Positions 57,501 to 64,000 of a stretch of DNA of 64,000 bases are shown piece after piece. The notes beneath the pieces were generated by a model. That model worked only from the letters and a program-made list of their open reading frames with translations, was not told where the DNA came from and did no database searches. Both the position numbers and the translations under genes were made by a program. Source of the stretch: the human T2T-CHM13v2.0 reference genome, Homo sapiens; assembly GCF_009914755.1 (NCBI RefSeq), contig NC_060948.1; one strand, 5' to 3'. Every line of letters begins with the position of its first letter. Within the stretch, counting starts at the first letter, position 1.

Positions 57501-60500
57501 ATCGAATGAAATGGAATGGAATAGAAAGGAATGGAATGAAATGGAATGGAAAGGATTCGAATGGAATGCAATCGAATGGAATGGAATCGAACGGAATGGA
57601 ATAAAATGGAAGAAAACTGGCAAGAAATGGAATCGAAATGAATGGAGTGTTATGGAACGGACTCAAAAGGAATTGAATGTAATAGAATGGAGTGGAGTGG
57701 ACTCGAATATAATGGACTGGAATGGAATGAAATCACATGGAATGGGAACGAATGGAATGGAATGGAAAGGAATGGAATCGAATGGAAAGGAATCGAATGG
57801 AAGGGAATGAAATTGAATCAACAGGAATGGAAGGGAATAGAATAGACGGTAATGGAATGGACTCGAATTGAATGGACACGAATGCTCAAATTGAATGGAC
57901 TCGAATGGAATGGAAACGAAAGGAATGTCATCGAATGGAATTGAATCGATTGGAATGAAATCGCATAGAATGGAGTGGAATCAAATGGAATTGAATCGAA
58001 AGGAAAGGAAGCGAATGGACTGAAATGAAATGGAATGGAATTGAATGGAAAGTAATGCAATGGAATAGAATGGAACGAAATTTCACGGAATGGAATCAAA
58101 CTGAATGGAATCAAATCAATGGAATCTAATCAAATGGAATGGAAAGGAATTGAATGGAGTAGATTGGATTGGATGGGATTGGAATGAAATGTACTGGAAA
58201 GGACTCGAATTTCATGAAACGGAATGGAATGAATTGGAACGGAATGGACTCGAATGGAATGGAATGTCATGGAATGGCATCAAATGGAATGGCATCAAAT
58301 GGAATGGAATCGAATGCAATGGAATGCTATGGAATGGAATGGAATGCATTGGAATGGAATGTCCTCTAATGGAATGGATTCGAGTGGAATGGAATCGAAT
58401 ATAATGGAGTCGAATGAAATGGAATTGAAAAGAATGGGATCGAATACAATGGAATATACTGGAATGTAATGTAATGAACTCGAATGTAATTGACTGGAAT
58501 GGAATGTACATGAATGGAATGTAATCGAATGGAAAGTAATCCAATGGAATAGAAACTAATGCAATAAAATCGACTAAAATAGAGTAGAATGTAATGGAAT
58601 GGAGTGCAGTGCAATGGAATGGAATGGAATGGAATGCAATGGAATGGAATGGATTGGAATGGAATGGGATGGAATGGTGTGGAATGGATAGTAATGGACT
58701 GGTGTGAAATGGACTGGAAAGGAATGGACTCAAATTGAAAGGGCTCGAAAGGAATGGAGTCAAATGGAATGGTCTGGAATGGAATGAACACGAATGTAAT
58801 GCAATCCAATAGAATGGAATCGAATGGCATGGAATATAAAGAAATGGAATCGAAGAGAATGGAAACAAATGGAATGGAATTGAATGGAATGGAATTGAAT
58901 GGAATGGGAACGAATGGAGTGAAATTGTGTGCAGTAGAAGAGAATAGAATGGAATGCAAGTGAAAGGAAAGGAATGGATTGGAATGGAATGGAATTCATT
59001 GGAATGGAAGGGAATGTAGTGTAATGGACAGGCCTGGAATAAAGTGGAATGCTACGGTCTCGAATGGAATAAAAATGTATGGAATGGAATGCAATGAAAC
59101 GGAATCGAATGTCATAGAATGTAATGGAATGCAAAAAAATGGAATCCAGAATCATTGACTGGAAAGGCTGGGTGTCGAAAGGAATTGACTCCAAGGGAAT
59201 GGAATCGAATGGAATGGAAGTGAATAGAATCGAACTAAATCGAATGGAATGGAATTGATAGGAACGGAATGGAAAGGAATGCAATGATTTGGCATGGAAT
59301 GGAATCGAATGGCATCGAATGGAATGGAATGGAATGCAATGGAATGGAATGTATTAGAATGTAATGAACTTTAATGGAATGTACTCGAATGGATTCGACT
59401 GGAATGGAATGTTCTGGAAGTGAATGGACTCCAATGGAATGGATTCAAAAGGAATGGAATCGTACGGAATGGAATCTAATGGAATGGAATTAAATGGAAA
59501 TGAATCAAATTGAATAGCACGGAATTGAATTGAATGGAATCGAATGCAATGGAATCTAATGAAACGGAAAGGAAAGGAATGGAATGGAATGGAATGGGCT
59601 GGAATGGAAAGGAATCGAAACGAATGGAATGGAATCGAACTGAAGAGACTGGAATGGAATGCACTGGAATGGAAGGGAGTGTAATGGAAGGTTCTCGAAA
59701 AAAATGGAATCGAATGGAATGGAATTGAATGGAACGGAATAGAGTCGAATGGAATTGAATGGAATGGAATGGACTAGAGTGAAATGGAATCGAACCACAA
59801 GGAATGGAGAGGAATAGAATGGTCTCGAATTGAATGGAATCGTATGGAATGGCATCAAACGGAATGGAATGGACAGCCACGGAATGGAATGCACTCGAAT
59901 GCAATGGAGTCGAAACTAATGGACTGGAATAGAATGGACTCGACTGGTACGGACTGCAATGGAATGGAATCGAATGGAAGGGAATCGAACGGAATGGACT
60001 CGAAGGGAAAAGACTGCAATGGAAAGGTCTCGAATGGAATGGAAATTAATGGAATGGAATGGAATCGAATGAAATGGAGTCAAAAGGAATGGAATCGAAT
60101 GGCAAGAAATCGAATGTAATGGAATCGCAAGGAATTGATGTGAACGGAACGGAATGGAATGGAATCCAAAGGAATGGAATAGAATGGAATGGAATCGAAT
60201 GGAAAGGACTCGAATGGAAATCACTCGAATAGAATGCAATTTAATAAAATAGGATCAAATGTAATGGAATGGAATGGAAAGGAATCGAAACGAAAGGAAT
60301 GGAGACAGATGGAATGGAATGGAACAGAGAGCAATGGTATAGAATGGAATGGAATCATCTGGAATGGAATTGAATGGAATGGAATAATATGAAATGGAAT
60401 GGAATGGAATGGAATGCCCTTGAATTAAATGGACTGGAATGGAATGGACTCGAACAGAGTGGAATGGAAAGTGTTGACATAGAATGGAATGGACTCGTTT

Positions 60501-62790
60501 GGAATGGTGTAGTATGCAATGCAATCGACTGGCAGGGAATCAAAAGGAATGTAATGGAATGGATTGGACTGGAATGCAATGGACTCGAATAGATTGGAAA
60601 CGGAATGCAAAGGAATGGAATGGAATAGTATGGAATGGAATGGAAAGGAATGGAGTGGAATAGACTAGAGTGGAATGGAATGGACTGGAAAGCAATGGAC
60701 TGGAATGGAACTTTCTTGAATGGACTGGAATCAAACGGAATGGAATGCAATGCAATCAAATGGCATGGAATAAAATAGAATGAAAGAGAATCAAATGGAA
60801 TTGAATCGAATGGAATCGAATGGATTGGAAAGAATAGAATGGAATGGAATGGAATTGACTCAAATGGAATGGACTAGAATGGAATGGATTCGAATGGAAG
60901 GCAAAGGAATGGAATCTATTGGAATGGACTGTAATGGAATGGAATGGAAGGGATTGGAATGGACTCAAATGGAATGGACTGCAATAGAAAGGATTCGAAT
61001 GGAATGAAAAAGAATTGAATGGAATAGAACAGAATGGAATCAAATCGAATGAAATGGAATGGAATAGAAAGGAATGGAATGAAATGGAATGGAAAGGATT
61101 CGAATGGAATGCAATCGAATGGAATGGAATCGAACGGTATGGAATAAAATGGAAGAAAACTGGCAAGAAATGGAATCGAAATGAATGGAGTGTTATGGAA
61201 CGGACTCAAAAGGAATTGAATGTAATAGAATGGAGTGGAGTGGACTCGAATATAATGGACTGGAATGGAATGAAATCACATGGAATGGGAACGAATGGAA
61301 TGGAATGGAAAGGAATGGAATCGAATGGAATCGAATTGAATGGAATCGAATGGAAGGGAATGAAATTGAATCAACAGGAATGGAAGGGAATAGAATAGAC
61401 GGTAATGGAATGGACTCGAATAGAATGGACACGAATGCTCAAATTGAATGGACTCGAATGGAATGGAAACGAAAGGAATGTCATCGAATGGAATTGAATC
61501 GATTGGAATGAAATCGCATAGAATGGAGTGGAATCAAATGGAATTGAATCGAAAGGAAAGGAAGCGAATGGACTGAAATGAAATGGAATGGAATTGAATG
61601 GAAAGTTATGTAATAGAATAGAATGGAACGAAATTTCACGGAATGGAATCAAACTGAATGGAATCAAATCAATGGAATCAAATCAAATGGAATGGAAAGG
61701 AATTGAATGGAGTAGATTGGATTGGATGGGATTGGAATGAAATGTACTGGAAAGGACTCGAATTTCATGAAACGGAATGCAATGAATTGGAACGGAACGG
61801 ACTCGAATGGAATGGAATGTCATGGAATGGCATCAAATGGAATGGCATCAAATGGAATGGAATCGAATGCAATGGAATGCTATGGAATGGAATGGAATGC
61901 ATTGGAATGGAATGTCCTCTAATGGAATGGATTCGAGTGGAATGGAATCGAATATAATGGAGTCGAATGAAATGGAATTGAAAGGAATGGGATCGAATAC
62001 AATGGAATATACTGGAATGTAATGTAATGAACTCGAATGTAATTGACTGGAGTGGAATGTACATGCATGGAATGTAATCGAATGGAAAGTAATCCAATGG
62101 AATAGAATCTAATGCAATAAAATCGACTCAGATAGAGTAGAATGTAATGGAATGGAGTGCAGTGCCATGGAATGGAATGGAATGGAATGCAATGGAATGG
62201 AATGGAATGCAATGGAATGGAATGGAATGGAATGGAATGGGATGGAATGGTGTGGAATGGATAGTAATGGACTGGAGTGAAATGGACTGGAAAGGAATGG
62301 ACTCAAATTGAAAGGGCTCGAAAGGAATGGAGTCAAATGGAATGGTCTGGAATGGAATGAACACGAATGTAATGCAATCCAATAGAATGGAATCGAATGG
62401 CATGGAATATAAAGAAATGGAATCGAAGAGAATGGAAACAAATGGAATGGAATTGAATGGAATGGAATTGAATGGAATGGGAACGAATGGAGTGAAATTG
62501 TATGCAGTAGAAGGGAATAGAATGGAATGCAAGCGAAAGGAAAGGAATGGATTGGAATGGAATGGAATTCATTGGAATGGAAGGGAATGTAGTGTAATGG
62601 ACAGGCCTGGAATAAAGTGGAATGCTACGGTCTCGAATGGAATAAAAATGTATGGAATGGAATGCAATGAAACGGAATCGAATGTCATAGAATGTAATGG
62701 AATGCAAAAAAATGGAATCCAAAATCATTGACTGGAAAGGCTGGGTGTCGAAAGGAATTGACTCCAATGGAATGGAATTGAATGGAATGG
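48540..62790 (+). repeat. Two-unit (7,122 bp) tandem duplication, an incipient higher-order dimer (subtypes D-E, D-E)
   Basis: Constant +7122 offset of private markers: GACACCAA 49281/56403, ACTAAAATAG ~51451/58573, AATCCAGAAT ~52021/59143, GTTGACATAG 53351/60473, a 1 bp deletion ~53710/60832 and AAGTTATGTAATAG 54481/61603. EcoRI spacings alternate 3549/3573/3549/3573. Confidence 0.9.
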
Positions 62791-64000
62791 AAGAGAATAG
62801 AATCGAACTAAATCGAATGGAATGGAATTGATAGGAACGGAATGGAAAGGAATGCAATCATTTGGCATGGAATGGAATCGAATGGCATCGAATGGAATGG
62901 AATGGAATGCAATGGAATGGAATGTATTAGAATGTAATGAACTTTAATGGAATGTACTCGAATGGAATCGACTGGAATGGAATGTTCTGGAAGTGAATGG
63001 ACTCCAATGGAATGGATTCAAAAGGAATGGAATCGTACGGAATGGAATCTAATGGAATGGAATTAAATGGAAATGAATCAAACTGAATAGAACGGAATTG
63101 AATTGAATGGAATCGAATGCAATGGAATCTAATGAAACGGAAAGGAAAGGAATGGAATGGAATGGAATGGGCTGGAATGGAAAGGAATCGAAACGAATGG
63201 AATGGAATCGAACTGAAGAGACTGGAATGGAATGCACTGGATGGAAGGGAGTGTAATGGAAGGTTCTCGAAAAAAATGGAATCGAATGGAATGGAATTGA
63301 ATGGAACGGAATAGAGTCGAATGGAATTGAATGGAATGGAATGGACTAGAGTGAAATGGAATCGAACCACAAGGAATGGACAGGAATAGAATGGTCTCGA
63401 ATTGAATGGAATCGTATGGAATGGCATCAAACGGAATGGAATGGACAGCCACGGAATGGAATGCACTCGAATGCAATGGAGTCGAAACTAATGGACTGGA
63501 ATAGAATGGACTCGACTGGTACGGACTCCAATGGAATGGAATCGAATGGAAGGGAATCGAACGGAATGGACTCGAAGGGAAAAGACTGCAATGGAAAGGT
63601 CTCGAATGGAATGGAAATTAATGGAATGGAATGGAATCGAATGAAATGGAGTCAAAAGGAATGGAATCGAATGGCAAGAAATCGAATGTAATGGAATCGC
63701 AAGGAATTGATGTGAACGGAACGGAATGGAATGGAATCCAAAGGAATGGAATAGAATGGAATGGAATCGAATGGAAAGGACTCGAATGGAAATCACTCGA
63801 ATAGAATGCAATTTAATAAAATAGGATCAAATGTAATGGAATGGAATGGAAAGGAATCGAAACGAAAGGAATGGAGACAGATGGAATGGAATGGAACAGA
63901 GAGCAATGGTATAGAATGGAATGGAATCATCTGGAATGGAATTGAATGGAATGGAATAATATGAAATGGAATGGAATGGAATGGAATGGAATGCCCTTGA

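Larger units (their letters stand above)
1..64000 (+). repeat. DYZ1: Human satellite III (HSat3) array, DYZ1-type (Yq12 heterochromatin), ~18 tandem ~3.55 kb units, GGAAT strand on +
   Basis: Degenerate GGAAT pentamers run from end to end. EcoRI GAATTC recurs at 2188, 5737, 9286, 12840, 16359, 19903, 23472, 27001, 30565, 34122, 37679, 41238, 44772, 48321, 51870, 55443, 58992 and 62565. Spacings are 3549, 3549, 3554, 3519, 3544, 3569, 3529, 3564, 3557, 3557, 3559, 3534, 3549, 3549, 3573, 3549 and 3573 bp (mean about 3552). A ~3.5 kb TTCCA-based unit released by EcoRI or HaeIII is the classical description of DYZ1. Confidence 0.95.

Noticed and set aside
1-64000. CRISPR array or a prokaryotic/phage repeat-based system
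   Set aside because: There is no repeat-unique spacer architecture, no associated genes and no non-satellite sequence anywhere in the window.
1-64000. DYZ2 (HSat1B/Alu-containing) block, Alu or L1 insertion, or a strand inversion
   Set aside because: No AT-rich or Alu-like segment, poly(A) tail or switch to CATTC on the + strand was seen, and the EcoRI spacing leaves no room for an insertion larger than a few tens of bp.
1-64000. HSat2 (chr1/chr16) or chr9/acrocentric HSat3 assignment
   Set aside because: The sequence lacks the HSat2 CATTCGATTC/ATGATG-type 23-26 bp motif, and the strict ~3.55 kb EcoRI/HaeIII periodicity fits DYZ1. Alignment to the DYZ1 consensus would confirm this.

Overview
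The whole 64 kb window is one uninterrupted, single-orientation array of human satellite III, a degenerate (GGAAT)n/(ATTCC)n repeat. It is organised as about 18 tandem copies of a ~3.55 kb unit, and each unit carries an EcoRI site followed 38 bp later by a StuI/HaeIII site (AGGCCT). This matches DYZ1 of the human Yq12 heterochromatin; the assignment rests on recalled family properties, not a database search. I see no genes, RNA genes, mobile elements, DYZ2/Alu segments or inversions, and all listed ORFs are translation by-products of the pentamer. The most interesting signal is 2-3 perfect nGAAn-nTTCn-nGAAn heat-shock elements per unit (50 counted in the window), one of which is switched on or off by a single base between copies. 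The units also fall into five variant subtypes in the order AAAAAA-B-C-B-D-B-B-C-D-D-E-D-E, with very recent monomer and 7,122 bp dimer duplications. Smaller features include recurrent 15 bp indels and a phase-breaking 8 bp duplication. All comparisons were made by eye and from ORF-track offsets.
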